A DNA stretch of 64,000 bases from an uncultured Chloroflexia bacterium (GCA_963713975.1 OY970218.1:1280001-1344000); one strand, 5' to 3'. Shown: positions 8,676 through 18,866, numbered from the stretch's first letter. Made by a program: numbers and translations. Notes: generated by a model not told the origin, from the sequence alone.

Positions 8676-10253
8676 GTGGATCTGACCGCAACCGCCACAG
8701 GACAGCCCGCCGCGTCATCAGTCGCTTCCGTCCCGACCCTGATCGAGGCGCGTGACATCTGTCGATCATTCGGCGCGCTGAAGGCGCTGACGGACGTCTC
8801 CTTGACCTTCGCGCGTGGGGAGGTTCATGGCCTCGTCGGTCCCAACGGGGCTGGCAAGTCGACCTTCCTCAACATCGTCGGTGGAATCATCGAGCCGACG
8901 AGTGGCACGATCCTCGTCGACGGCGCCGCAACGGAGATACGAGGCCCGGCAGCCGCGACCGCGCTCGGATTCTCCTTCATCCCTCAGGAACTGTCGCTCG
9001 TTCCTGCCTTCTCGGCGATCGACAACATCACGCTCGGCCTTCGGTCGGTCTCGAAGGCCGGCTTCGTCGACAGAGCGAGTCGTGACCGCATCGCCCGTCG
9101 TGCCGCTGAGCGCGTGGGGATCACCTTCGACCTCCGCAGGCCTGTCCGCGACTTGAGTCCCGCCGAGCGCGGCCTCGTTGCGATCGGGCACGCGCTTGCG
9201 CACGACATGCGCTTCATCTCGATGGACGAGCCCACAGCGTCCTTGTCCGACGTCGAATGCCAGCGGCTCTTCCAGGTTGTCCGGGAGCTTGCTCGCGACG
9301 GCGTGACGGTCGCCTATGTCAGTCATCGCCTCGCGGAAATCGAGGAACTGTGCGATCGCGTCACCGTGTTCCGCGATGGTCGCGTGGTCGGCCGCTTCGA
9401 CCGCGGTGCCTACACACGCGCCGATCTCCTGAAAGGCATCACGGGCAATGAGGCCGGACTGCAGCAGCTCGAGTCGTCGATGCCCGCCGTTGCGGCAACG
9501 AGCCAGGTGCTGTTCTCCGCCGACAAGCTCTCGGACGGCAAGCGCGTCAAGGACGTCTCCTTCGACTGCCGGGCAGGCGAGATCGTCGGGCTCGGCGGCC
9601 TTGTGGGGTCCGGGCGGACCGAAGTGCTCAAGCTCGTCTTCGGGGAAGTGAAGCTGGCGGCCGGGTCGATGACACTCGAGGGGCACGAGCACAGGCCCCA
9701 GAGTGTCGAGGCCGCCGTCGACGCAGGGATCGCTCTCGTTCCTGAGGAGCGCCGATCACAGGGGCTCCTCATGGAGGACTCCATTGCCAACAACATGACG
9801 CTCGGCAACTGGGGCTCGATGCGCTCGCGTCCGCCCTTGCCCATCATCTCGGAGGGTCGGCCGCGCAATGTCGCACGCCACATGATCGAGACGCTCAGCA
9901 TCAAGACCAAGGGAGTCGACGAGCCGGTGCGTCGGCTGTCGGGCGGCAACCAGCAGAAGGTGGTCTTCGGCCGCTGGCTCTCACGCAACTCCCGGCTCCT
10001 CCTCCTCGATGAGCCGACCCGTGGTGTCGATGTTGGGGCCAGACAGCAGATCTGGGCAACCGTCGAGAAGCTGGCGGCAGATGGCAAGGGCGTCGTGGTG
10101 GTGAGTTCTGAACTCAGCGAGCTCGCCCTCTGCCATCGCGTCTTCGTGATGGTTGAAGGCCGAACGGTGGCCGAACTCCAGGGCCCCGGCGTCACCGAGG
10201 AGCAGGTCCTCGCCGTGACCTATCGCAACCTGCAGCAGCAAGAGGCCGAGTAA
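8676..10253 (+). CDS. Sugar ABC transporter ATP-binding protein (RbsA-like, two NBDs)
   Basis: GPNGAGKST, DEPTASL, LSGGNQQKV, LDEPTRGVDVG. Confidence 0.92.
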   Translation: MDLTATATGQPAASSVASVPTLIEARDICRSFGALKALTDVSLTFARGEVHGLVGPNGAGKSTFLNIVGGIIEPTSGTILVDGAATEIRGPAAATALGFSFIPQELSLVPAFSAIDNITLGLRSVSKAGFVDRASRDRIARRAAERVGITFDLRRPVRDLSPAERGLVAIGHALAHDMRFISMDEPTASLSDVECQRLFQVVRELARDGVTVAYVSHRLAEIEELCDRVTVFRDGRVVGRFDRGAYTRADLLKGITGNEAGLQQLESSMPAVAATSQVLFSADKLSDGKRVKDVSFDCRAGEIVGLGGLVGSGRTEVLKLVFGEVKLAAGSMTLEGHEHRPQSVEAAVDAGIALVPEERRSQGLLMEDSIANNMTLGNWGSMRSRPPLPIISEGRPRNVARHMIETLSIKTKGVDEPVRRLSGGNQQKVVFGRWLSRNSRLLLLDEPTRGVDVGARQQIWATVEKLAADGKGVVVVSSELSELALCHRVFVMVEGRTVAELQGPGVTEEQVLAVTYRNLQQQEAE

Positions 10254-11260
10254 TGCAGTCCGCAGCGCCGAGCAACCCGGCCCGGGAGGAGTCCACGCCG
10301 AGGACGCTGACCCGAACCGTGACGGTCATCGTCGGCAAGTACGGCTCGTTGATCGTCCTCGGGCTCCTCTTCACATACTTCTCCCTCACGGCCAACTACT
10401 TCCTGACCTGGGGCAACTTCGTCCAGATCTTCAACCAGGCCGCCCTCACCGCCATCATCGCCTGCGGTCTCACGATGGTCCTTGCGGCCGGCCAATTCGA
10501 CCTGAGCATCGGCAACAACGCCAGCATGTGCGGGATCGTCGTGTCGGTCTTGATGATCAACGGCTTCCCGATCCCGGTGGCGATCGCGGTGGCGATCGTC
10601 GTGGGCATCGCGATTGGCCTGTGCAATGCGTTCCTCGTGACGAAGATCGGCGTGAACGCCCTCGTCGCGACGCTCGGCGTCGGGAGCGCCGTCGTCGGCA
10701 TCAACTACTTCATTTCCGGCGGCTCAGCACAGCCCTTCGGGTCCGTGGCCCCCGAGTACTCAATGATCTCGGTTGGCAACTGGCTCAGCGTGCCCCGCAA
10801 CGTGTACTACATGGCGGGCGTCGCGATCGTCCTTTGGATTGTCCTCAACCGCACGGTCCTCGGCCGGAACATCCAGGCGGTCGGCGGCAATGCCGAGGCG
10901 GCACGCCTCGCGGGTGTCAACGTCAACCGCGTCACCAGTGCGTCATTCGTTCTCGCTGGCATCTGTGCGTCGATCACCGGGATCCTGCTTGCCGCCGTTG
11001 TGGGAAGCGGTCAGCCGGTGGGGGGTGACGGGTTCACGCTGCAGGCGTTCGCTGCCGCCTTCCTCGGCACGGCCGTGATGAAGGAGGGACAGTTCCACAT
11101 CATCGGCACGATCGTCGGTGTCCTAACGGTGACGGTCGGGTTCAATGGCCTCGCCCTGACGGGCGTGCCCTCGTACTTCCAGTTCTTCTTCCAGGGCGTC
11201 CTTCTCATTGCCGCCGTCTCGTTCAGCACGCTTGCCCAGAAGCGCTCGAAGGCGAGCTGA
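10253..11260 (+). CDS. Sugar ABC transporter permease (RbsC-like)
   Basis: FDLSIG, GRNIQAVGGNAEAARLAG (EAA loop), many TM helices. Confidence 0.92.
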   Translation: MQSAAPSNPAREESTPRTLTRTVTVIVGKYGSLIVLGLLFTYFSLTANYFLTWGNFVQIFNQAALTAIIACGLTMVLAAGQFDLSIGNNASMCGIVVSVLMINGFPIPVAIAVAIVVGIAIGLCNAFLVTKIGVNALVATLGVGSAVVGINYFISGGSAQPFGSVAPEYSMISVGNWLSVPRNVYYMAGVAIVLWIVLNRTVLGRNIQAVGGNAEAARLAGVNVNRVTSASFVLAGICASITGILLAAVVGSGQPVGGDGFTLQAFAAAFLGTAVMKEGQFHIIGTIVGVLTVTVGFNGLALTGVPSYFQFFFQGVLLIAAVSFSTLAQKRSKAS

Positions 11261-11290
11261 GCACACGCCCCAGGAGAGGAAGTCATCGCC

Positions 11291-12265
11291 ATGACCGACG
11301 CGCCGCGCCCGACGACGATTGCCGAGCTGTTCGGACCGAATCCACCGTCGAACTGGGGGAAGTGGGGCCCTGACGATGAGGTCGGGAGTCTCAACTACCT
11401 GGATGCTGCCCAGGTCGTCCGGGGCGTCGGCGCCGTCCACACCGGCGAGGTCTTCACCCTCCAGGTGCAGATCGGGTCGGAGCGCTCCGCGACCGATCCT
11501 GTCTGGCCAAACCGCACATCGGCTGTGCGCACCCCGGTCATGGACGAGGGCTACTTCCAGCGGGGCGAGGTCCCTGAGCCGCGTGGTGGCCACCACTACG
11601 CAGACGACAGGATCGACATGTTCCTCCAGGGATCGACGCAGTACGACGCGCTCGGCCACCTCTGGTACGACGGCAAGATCTGGAACGGCTACGACGCCGC
11701 GACAACCATCGGAAGCCTCAAGAAGGCATCGGTGCTGCCGCTCGCGGAGCGCGGCATCGTCGGGCGCGGGATCCTGATCGACGTCGCCCGCCATCGCGGG
11801 AAGCGATGGCTGGATCGAGCCGAGCCGTTCACGCACCTGGACCTCCTTGACGCCGCCCGCGCCCAGGGCTGCGAGATCGAGAAGCGCGACATCCTCCTCG
11901 TGCGAACCGGCTGGATGGGACGGTTCTACGAGGTGTCGGCGAGCGAGTTCTACGAGGACTGGAACGAGCCGGGCCTCGCCTACAGCCGGGAGCTCGTGGA
12001 GTGGTTCCAGGCCATGGAGATCCCGAACCTCGTGACCGACACGGTCGCCAATGAGCAGAGCTTCGATCCCGAGACGGGCATCGAGATGCGTCTGCACTGC
12101 GCGTTGATGCGGAACCTCGGCATCGCGATGACCGAGGTCTGCTGGCTCGATGATCTCGCCGAAGCGTGTGCCCGGGACGGGCGGTGGACGTTCCTTTACA
12201 CCGCGGCGCCCCTCAAGGTCGTCGGGGCGAGCGGCTCGCCCGTGAACCCCGTCGTGATCCGGTGA
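11291..12265 (+). CDS. Cyclase family hydrolase, long type
   Basis: NWGKWGPDDEVGSLN, QGSTQYDALGH, APLKVVGASGSPVNP. Confidence 0.85.
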   Translation: MTDAPRPTTIAELFGPNPPSNWGKWGPDDEVGSLNYLDAAQVVRGVGAVHTGEVFTLQVQIGSERSATDPVWPNRTSAVRTPVMDEGYFQRGEVPEPRGGHHYADDRIDMFLQGSTQYDALGHLWYDGKIWNGYDAATTIGSLKKASVLPLAERGIVGRGILIDVARHRGKRWLDRAEPFTHLDLLDAARAQGCEIEKRDILLVRTGWMGRFYEVSASEFYEDWNEPGLAYSRELVEWFQAMEIPNLVTDTVANEQSFDPETGIEMRLHCALMRNLGIAMTEVCWLDDLAEACARDGRWTFLYTAAPLKVVGASGSPVNPVVIR

Positions 12266-12302
12266 CGGGTCCGTCAACACGCCGCGCCGGCGGCCCATCT
12301 CG

Positions 12303-13412
12303 ATGAGCGTCCCCCGGAGGCGAGTCCTGGTGCTCGGCGCGACCGGTGGTGTGGGCCAGGAGGCCACGGACCGGTTCCTCCGCGACGAGGCATTCGACGT
12401 CGTCGCCGTGTCGCGTCGGCGCCCCGAGGTGCAGGGGCGCGAGGGCTACGCGCACGCGAGCGTGGATCTCCGCGACGGCGACGCCGTCCGGACCGCGATC
12501 CGCGACGCCGGTCCCATCAGCCACGTCGTCTACGCCGCCCTGTTCGAGAAGGATGACCTCATCGCGGGCTGGGTTGATGAGGAGCAGATCGGCACCAACC
12601 GGCTGATGTTCGCCAACGTCCTCGACGCCCTCATCGCCTCTAGGCAACCGGTACGGCACTTCTCGATCCTGCAGGGCACGAAGGCATACGGCTACCACCT
12701 CGGACGGATGCGGATCCCCGGGAAGGAGTCGCAGCCGCGGGTCGACCACGGCAACTTCTACTGGGCGCAGGAGGACCTCCTGGTGGCGGCGGCGCGCTCG
12801 ATGGGCGCAGCCTTCACGATCTTCCGTCCCCAGTTCATATTCAGCGGTGCCCTCGGGGCGGCCATGAACCTGGTTCCCGCCATCGGCATCTACGGCGCCC
12901 TGTGCCGGGAGCTCGGGCGGCCGTTCTCGTTTACCGGCGGGGCGTCGTACGTCGCCGAGGCCGTCGACGCCCGGCTGCTCGCGAACGCGCTCCACTGGGC
13001 AGCCGACGCCACCGCCGCGGTCGATCAGACCTTCAATATCACCAACGGCGACGTGTTCGAGTGGCGCGACCTCTGGCCGTCGTTCGCCCGGGCCCTCGAC
13101 GTGGAGCCGGGTCCCGACCAGCCGATGTCGCTCGCGACCTGGCTGCCCCAACAGGATGCCGCTTGGGGTCGCATCGTCGATCGCCATGGACTCCGCCCGC
13201 TCGCCCTGATGCAGATCCTCGGGCTCGGGCACCACTATGCGGACGATGCCTTCGCCTTCACTGCAGACGGCTCGCCCCTCGAGAGTCGATCGCGTCCGGT
13301 CCTCCTGAGCACCGTCAAGCTACGCCAAGCCGGCTTCGGGGAATGCGTCGACACCGAGCAGATGTTCGCGAGCTGGTTCGCGCACTTCAAGACGGAGCGC
13401 GTCCTCCCCTGA
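12303..13412 (+). CDS. SDR of the PRISE (progesterone 5-beta-reductase/iridoid synthase-like) type
   Basis: GATGGVG, LQGTKAYG, NFYWAQED, FNITNGDVFEWRDLW. Confidence 0.75.
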   Translation: MSVPRRRVLVLGATGGVGQEATDRFLRDEAFDVVAVSRRRPEVQGREGYAHASVDLRDGDAVRTAIRDAGPISHVVYAALFEKDDLIAGWVDEEQIGTNRLMFANVLDALIASRQPVRHFSILQGTKAYGYHLGRMRIPGKESQPRVDHGNFYWAQEDLLVAAARSMGAAFTIFRPQFIFSGALGAAMNLVPAIGIYGALCRELGRPFSFTGGASYVAEAVDARLLANALHWAADATAAVDQTFNITNGDVFEWRDLWPSFARALDVEPGPDQPMSLATWLPQQDAAWGRIVDRHGLRPLALMQILGLGHHYADDAFAFTADGSPLESRSRPVLLSTVKLRQAGFGECVDTEQMFASWFAHFKTERVLP

Positions 13413-13501
13413 CCACCACCACGCAGCCGCGCCGGGTCGCCCGCGGCCTGCCCGATCGTTCACGAACCGACAGCGGCCGGTTGGCCGCGACAAGGAGCAC
13501 C

Positions 13502-14632
13502 ATGTCTGAGAGCCTGCTGCGAGACCTCGCGGCCCTCGGCGTCGCCGTCAGCTACGACAACATCGGCCGGGACCTGATTCTCTCGGGGCGGCTCGCGCGC
13601 CTGATCCGTGAGGACGGCATCGCGGGCGAGACTGCGAACCCGATCATCTACGAGAAGGCTGTCTCGACGACCAGCGCCTACGACGCCGAGATCGCCGAGC
13701 TCGCCCTCGCCGGGCTGACGCCCGAGCAGATCGTGATGGAGCTATGGGCGCACGACGTCCAGATGGCGTGCGACGTCTTCCGGCCGGTCTGGGAGTCGAC
13801 CGACCACATCGACGGATACGTCAGCCTGGAGCTCCCGCCGCACCTCGCGCATGACGCCCACGGGACCATCGAGGCGGCCCGCACGGTCCGCCGAAGGGTC
13901 GACCGCCCCAACCTGGCCCTCAAGATCCCGTCCACCCCGGAGTCGTTTGTCGCCATCGAGGAGTGCGTCGTCGAGGGCGTGAACGTGAACGCAACCGTGA
14001 TCTTCTCGCTCGAGACCTATGAGCAGGTGATCCAGGCGTACCGCCGCGGTCTGGAGCGCCGCCATGCCGCCGGTCTATCGCTCGATCTCCAGTCGTTCGC
14101 GTCGGTGTTCCTCAGCCGCTACGACGCCCCGGTGGACGCCCTGCTCGTCGAGCGCATTCGTGCGTCGTCCAATCCCGCCGAGATCGCTCAGCTCAAGAGC
14201 GTGATGGGCGAGGTCAGCCTCGCGAACGCATGGATGGTCGTGCGCCGGTTCCGGGCGTTCTTCGACGGCCCGGAGTTTGCGACTTTGCGGGTCGCGGGGG
14301 CGCGCGTCCAGCGACCCTTGTGGGCCGGCGTCGTCGCCCGCAACAGCCGCTATGGCGACGTGAAGTACATGGAGGGCGTCGCGATCCCCGGCACCGCCAT
14401 CACGGCGTCGGATGCGCCGGTCGATGGCGTCCGCATGCATGGTGTCCCGCTGGCGGCAGAGGACGACGGGTCGGCTGACGTCGTGTTCGCGACCTGCGAG
14501 GTGCTCGGCATCGATATCGCTCGAATCGCCCTCGACATGGAGCAGGCGGTCGTCACGGCCTTCGTCACGGCCTTCGACGAGCTCGTCGAAGGCGTTGCCC
14601 GCAAGGCCGCCCAGACGCCAGCCGGGGTGTAG
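13502..14632 (+). CDS. Transaldolase family protein 2 (more divergent)
   Basis: ETANPIIYEKA, GYVSLEL, NLALKIPST; AAGGAG RBS before ATG 13502. Confidence 0.8.
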   Translation: MSESLLRDLAALGVAVSYDNIGRDLILSGRLARLIREDGIAGETANPIIYEKAVSTTSAYDAEIAELALAGLTPEQIVMELWAHDVQMACDVFRPVWESTDHIDGYVSLELPPHLAHDAHGTIEAARTVRRRVDRPNLALKIPSTPESFVAIEECVVEGVNVNATVIFSLETYEQVIQAYRRGLERRHAAGLSLDLQSFASVFLSRYDAPVDALLVERIRASSNPAEIAQLKSVMGEVSLANAWMVVRRFRAFFDGPEFATLRVAGARVQRPLWAGVVARNSRYGDVKYMEGVAIPGTAITASDAPVDGVRMHGVPLAAEDDGSADVVFATCEVLGIDIARIALDMEQAVVTAFVTAFDELVEGVARKAAQTPAGV

Positions 14633-14694
14633 CGCTCAGGTCGCGCCTCGGTCGCTCCGGGTCGGCGCGGCGCATCGTCGGGACCGTCCGGGGG

Positions 14695-15522
14695 TCAGCC
14701 CACCACGTTGGAAGCATCCGCCAGCTCGTCCGGGTCGACCTGCGCGACCACAACGCGCACACCCTCGGCTTCCACGTCGGCCCGCTGCCGCTCGGTGATG
14801 CCGTCGTCCACGACAAGGATGTCGACGGCCGCGAGGGGCACGACGTTCGACATCGCGGTCGTCTCGAACTTCGACGAATTGGCGAGCAGGATGACCTCGT
14901 CCGCGATCCGGACGAGCTCGCGCTTGGTCTCTGCGTCCCAGGCGTTGCCGCACCACAGGGCACCGCGCCCGATGGCCGTTGCGGCGAGAAAGACCTGGTT
15001 GACACGCAAGTTGGACAGCGCGGTGAGCGTCGCGGGACCCGCGAATCCTTGGGACTCCGAGTGGAGGACGCCACCGAGGCCCACGACCTCCACCCCGGGC
15101 TTGTCGCGCAGAATGGCCATCACCGGCAGAGAGGGCGTGACGACCGACAGCCGCAGGGACGGGCCAAGCCGCGTCGCGAGCTCGACGCCCGTCGTGCCGT
15201 TGTCGATGGCGATGGAGGAATTGCTAGCGATGAGTGTCAGAGCGGCCCCGGCGATCGCCGCCTTGGCATCATGCCGCAGTGTGGAGCGGAGGCGGAAGTC
15301 CGTGCCGAAGGTGAGGCCGGCGTTGGGGGTCACCCCGCCGTGAACTGCCCGAACGAGCCCCTGATCCGCCAGCAGCCGGATGTCCCGGCGAATGGTCATC
15401 TCCGAGACGCCGAGCGATTCAGCCAGCTCGCTCGCGCCAAGGAAGCTCGATCCGCCCACCATGTCGACGATGCGGCGCCGACGGGCGGGTGCTGATCCAT
15501 ATCGGAGGCTATCGACGTCCAT
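14695..15522 (-). CDS. DeoR/GlpR family transcriptional regulator
   Basis: LAESLGVSEMTIRRDI HTH, IDNGTT, NSSKF. Confidence 0.92.
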   Translation of the reverse strand: MDVDSLRYGSAPARRRRIVDMVGGSSFLGASELAESLGVSEMTIRRDIRLLADQGLVRAVHGGVTPNAGLTFGTDFRLRSTLRHDAKAAIAGAALTLIASNSSIAIDNGTTGVELATRLGPSLRLSVVTPSLPVMAILRDKPGVEVVGLGGVLHSESQGFAGPATLTALSNLRVNQVFLAATAIGRGALWCGNAWDAETKRELVRIADEVILLANSSKFETTAMSNVVPLAAVDILVVDDGITERQRADVEAEGVRVVVAQVDPDELADASNVVG

Positions 15523-15647
15523 CGGGTCCTCGAGACGGGTTGGCTATGGCATGCTGAGCCGGAGTCCCGTCGGCGTCACGCACGAGGTTGTTGTGCGTCC
15601 CGCCGAACGACACATCCAAAGAACAACATTCACACAAGAAACGATAG

Positions 15648-17564
15648 ATGTCAAACACTTCTCCCTTGGTGACGTGTATCGGAACGGCTACTCTCGACGC
15701 CGTCCTGGTCGCGGACGGGCCACTGCACGCGGACTCGCGGATCGCCGCCAAAGGAGGCCTGATCGCCGGCGGCGGGCCGGCCGCAACGGCCGCTGTCGCG
15801 GTCGCGCGCCAGGGTGTCAGTGCCGCTTTCATCGGGCAGGTCGGCGATGACGAGGCCGGCGCCACGATCAAGGAGGGCTTGGAGCGCGAAGGGATCGAGA
15901 CGAGCCTCCTGCAGGTCGTGCCGGGCGGCCGCACGGCCCTGAGCGCGGTCATCGTCGACTCGCGGGATGCCGGGCGCCTGATCGTGACCCACCCCGGCGC
16001 GCTGACGCCTATCACCCCCGACGGCGAGGCCCTCGCGCTGTGCGAGCGCTCACGCTGGGTCCACGTCGATCAGGCGGGCTGGCCGGCGGTCGCGGAGCTC
16101 CGCGACTGCGGCATGATGACGCCGATCTCGGTCGACGGGGGCAACCCAATCGAGGGTCTCGACGTATCGATCACGACGATCTACGCGCCATCCGAGGGCG
16201 GGCTCCTCGCCGCGTCGGGCAAGGCTGACCTGATCTCCGCCATGTGCTGGGCCCTGGATGCTGGGGCCCGACTCGTGGTCGTCACGCGCGGGGCTGCGGG
16301 CGCGATCGCGATGGGCGACTTCGACCTCGACGCGGGCGACGCCGATGCGACCTTGCGCGGCTCGCCGGTCACGCCCGCTCCGCGGATGACCGTCAGCGAG
16401 CCTGCACCGAGCGTCCCTGTCATAAGCACCCTCGGGGCGGGCGACGTCTTCCACGGGCTCCTGCTCGCGGCGCTGTGTCACGGCGCCTCGGTGAGGGACG
16501 CGATGAAGTCGGCGAACGTCGGCGCCGCAATGGCCTGCGCCGGTCTTGACGGCCGCTCGGCCATCCCCGACCGGGCGACTCTCGAGGTCGCGATCGCGAG
16601 AGGCTCGGCGCTGAGACCTCGAACGGCGACCGCGCGGGAGGGCCATCCGCACGCCGGAGCCGAGGACGTCGCCCGCGCGTTCGGAGCGATCACCCGCCCG
16701 TCGGGTGCGTTCGCCATGGTGGCCATCGACCAGCGCGAGTCGCTGCGGGCCATGCTCTCCCCGTCGAACCCCGCCGATGTCCCCGACGCCGAGCTGGTCG
16801 AGTTCAAGCACGAGGTCACGCTCGCCCTGTCGGGCTACGCATCGGCCATCCTCTTCGACCGGGGCTACGGCCTACCCGCGATCGAGGCGATCGGTACGCT
16901 GTCCCCGTCCTGCGGGCTCATCCTGGCGGCCGATGTGTTCGAACAGACGGCGGGTGGTCCGATCCGGTCCGTGTCGGTCGATCGGCAGGCAGGATCTGTC
17001 GCCCGTGCAGTCCGGGCGAGTGCCATGAAGCTGCTCGTCCCGTGGCGGACAGACCAGAGCCCGGCGAAGCGAGCGGATCTCGTGGACGAGTTCGTGGACC
17101 TGTGTCGAGAGTTCGGGATGCTCTCGCTGGTCGAGGCGGTTGTGCAGGATGACGGACGGCGGAAGCCAGACTGGTACGGCACGGACGGAATCCTCTGCGC
17201 GGCCGAGGAGATGGCCAGCCACGCATTCGACCTCTACAAAGCGCAGGTCCCGACTTTCGGGGCCGGTACCCCGGACGAGATCACCTCGATCAGCCGGCGA
17301 CTCACTGAGGCGATCGGCCGCCCGTGGGTCGTGCTGTCCAGCGGCGTCCCCCCGGAGCGGTTTGGTGCCGCTATGGAGGCTGCTTGCCGCGGCGGCGCAT
17401 CGGGCTTTCTTGCGGGCCGTGCGATCTGGACCTCGGCGCTCGCGGCCGACGATCGTGCGGCGCACCTCGTAGACGTCAGTGTTCCGCGGCTCAAGCGCCT
17501 GCTGAGCGTGGTAGACACCGTAGCCAGGCCCTGGCACTCGTCGTTGACCGGGGTTGTCTCCTGA
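15648..17564 (+). CDS. Fused PfkB sugar kinase (YihV-like) and class I LacD-family aldolase (YihT-like)
   Basis: N-half GGGPAATAAVAVAR...STLGAGDVFHG; C-half ITRPSGAFAMVAIDQRE...DLYK...PWVVLSSGV...GASGFLAGRAIW; single ORF with no internal RBS/start in the linker. Confidence 0.85.
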   Translation: MSNTSPLVTCIGTATLDAVLVADGPLHADSRIAAKGGLIAGGGPAATAAVAVARQGVSAAFIGQVGDDEAGATIKEGLEREGIETSLLQVVPGGRTALSAVIVDSRDAGRLIVTHPGALTPITPDGEALALCERSRWVHVDQAGWPAVAELRDCGMMTPISVDGGNPIEGLDVSITTIYAPSEGGLLAASGKADLISAMCWALDAGARLVVVTRGAAGAIAMGDFDLDAGDADATLRGSPVTPAPRMTVSEPAPSVPVISTLGAGDVFHGLLLAALCHGASVRDAMKSANVGAAMACAGLDGRSAIPDRATLEVAIARGSALRPRTATAREGHPHAGAEDVARAFGAITRPSGAFAMVAIDQRESLRAMLSPSNPADVPDAELVEFKHEVTLALSGYASAILFDRGYGLPAIEAIGTLSPSCGLILAADVFEQTAGGPIRSVSVDRQAGSVARAVRASAMKLLVPWRTDQSPAKRADLVDEFVDLCREFGMLSLVEAVVQDDGRRKPDWYGTDGILCAAEEMASHAFDLYKAQVPTFGAGTPDEITSISRRLTEAIGRPWVVLSSGVPPERFGAAMEAACRGGASGFLAGRAIWTSALAADDRAAHLVDVSVPRLKRLLSVVDTVARPWHSSLTGVVS

Positions 17565-17772
17565 GACTGGTGCCGACAGGCGCGCCGGGCATCGCTTGAC
17601 CCGCACCCGGTCGGCCTGCGCCACCCGCCCGACCGACGGCGCAGGCGTATCCTCGATTCAGTAGCGACCGCCGCACCGGCACCTGTGCTCCGTGACCGCG
17701 GATGCCGTACCACCGGCGGTGCCTTCCATCGGGGATTGCTGCTCCCTGAGGCTGATTTGGAGGCAACCTCGC

Positions 17773-18825
17773 ATGGCCAGGGTGACGATCATCGGTGCCG
17801 GCATGATGGGCACCGCGATGTGCTGGCCGTCCGCCGACCGTGACCATGAGGTTCGCCTTGTCGGGACCCCGCTCGACGAGGACGCGATCCGCAGCATCCG
17901 CGAGACCCGCGTCCATCCCAATCTCGAACGCGAGGTCCCGGCGGGTGTGCGGGTCTATCCCGTCGCTCAGCTCGCCTCTGCCATCGACGGCGCCGACCTC
18001 ATCATCAACGGTGTCAGCAGCTTCGGGGTCGACTGGTTCGCCGAGGCGGTCGGACCGTACCTGCGACCGGACGTGCCCGTCCTCTCGGTGACGAAGGGCC
18101 TCGAGGGCGACGAGGACGGTACTCTCGTCACGCTTCCGGTGGCCCTCGATCGCAAGCTGCCGCCCGAGCAGCGCGGCTCCATCCGGTTCAACGCCATCGG
18201 CGGCCCCTGCATCGCGCACGAGCTGGCTGCTCGACGCCACACAGCCGTCGTCTTCACGGGCTCCGATGAGGCGACGCTTGCGACGCTTCGCGACATGCTC
18301 TCGACCTCCTACTACCACGTGTGGGTCTCGACCGATGTAACCGGCATCGAGGTGTGCGCCGCGATGAAGAACGCCTATGCGCTCGGGGTGGCCCTCGCCG
18401 TCGGACAGATGGAGGCGATGGGCCCGGACGGGCTCGCGAACGGGTACAACCCGCAAGCGGCGTTGGTGGCGCAGAGCTGCTTCGAGATGCGCCGACTGAT
18501 CGAGGTGCTTGGCGGCGACCCCGGCCAGGTGAGCTGGCTGCCGGGTGCCGGCGACCTGTACGTCACGGTCTTCGGCGGTCGCACGGTCCGCCTTGGCAAG
18601 ATGCTCGGCAAGGGGATGCCGTTCGCCAAGGCCCGCGAGGTGCTAGCCGGCGTCACGCTCGAGAGCGTGGAGATCACGACGCGTGTCGTGCGGGCATTGC
18701 CCAAGCTCGAGGAGCGTGGCACGGTGAAGGCGTCCGACTTCCCGTTGCTCCTCCATCTCGACCGGGTCCTGAACCACGCGGACCCCGTCGATATCCCCTG
18801 GGACGCCTTCTTTCCGTCGCGCTAA
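17773..18825 (+). CDS. NAD(P)H-dependent glycerol-3-phosphate dehydrogenase-like protein (divergent GpsA family)
   Basis: GAGMMG, VTKG, GGPCIAHE, AMKNAYAL, GDLYVTVFGGRT; GGAGG RBS. Confidence 0.75.
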   Translation: MARVTIIGAGMMGTAMCWPSADRDHEVRLVGTPLDEDAIRSIRETRVHPNLEREVPAGVRVYPVAQLASAIDGADLIINGVSSFGVDWFAEAVGPYLRPDVPVLSVTKGLEGDEDGTLVTLPVALDRKLPPEQRGSIRFNAIGGPCIAHELAARRHTAVVFTGSDEATLATLRDMLSTSYYHVWVSTDVTGIEVCAAMKNAYALGVALAVGQMEAMGPDGLANGYNPQAALVAQSCFEMRRLIEVLGGDPGQVSWLPGAGDLYVTVFGGRTVRLGKMLGKGMPFAKAREVLAGVTLESVEITTRVVRALPKLEERGTVKASDFPLLLHLDRVLNHADPVDIPWDAFFPSR

Positions 18826-18866
18826 CTCGGCGGCTCCCAAACACGTGTTGCACCTGCATCCGCTAG

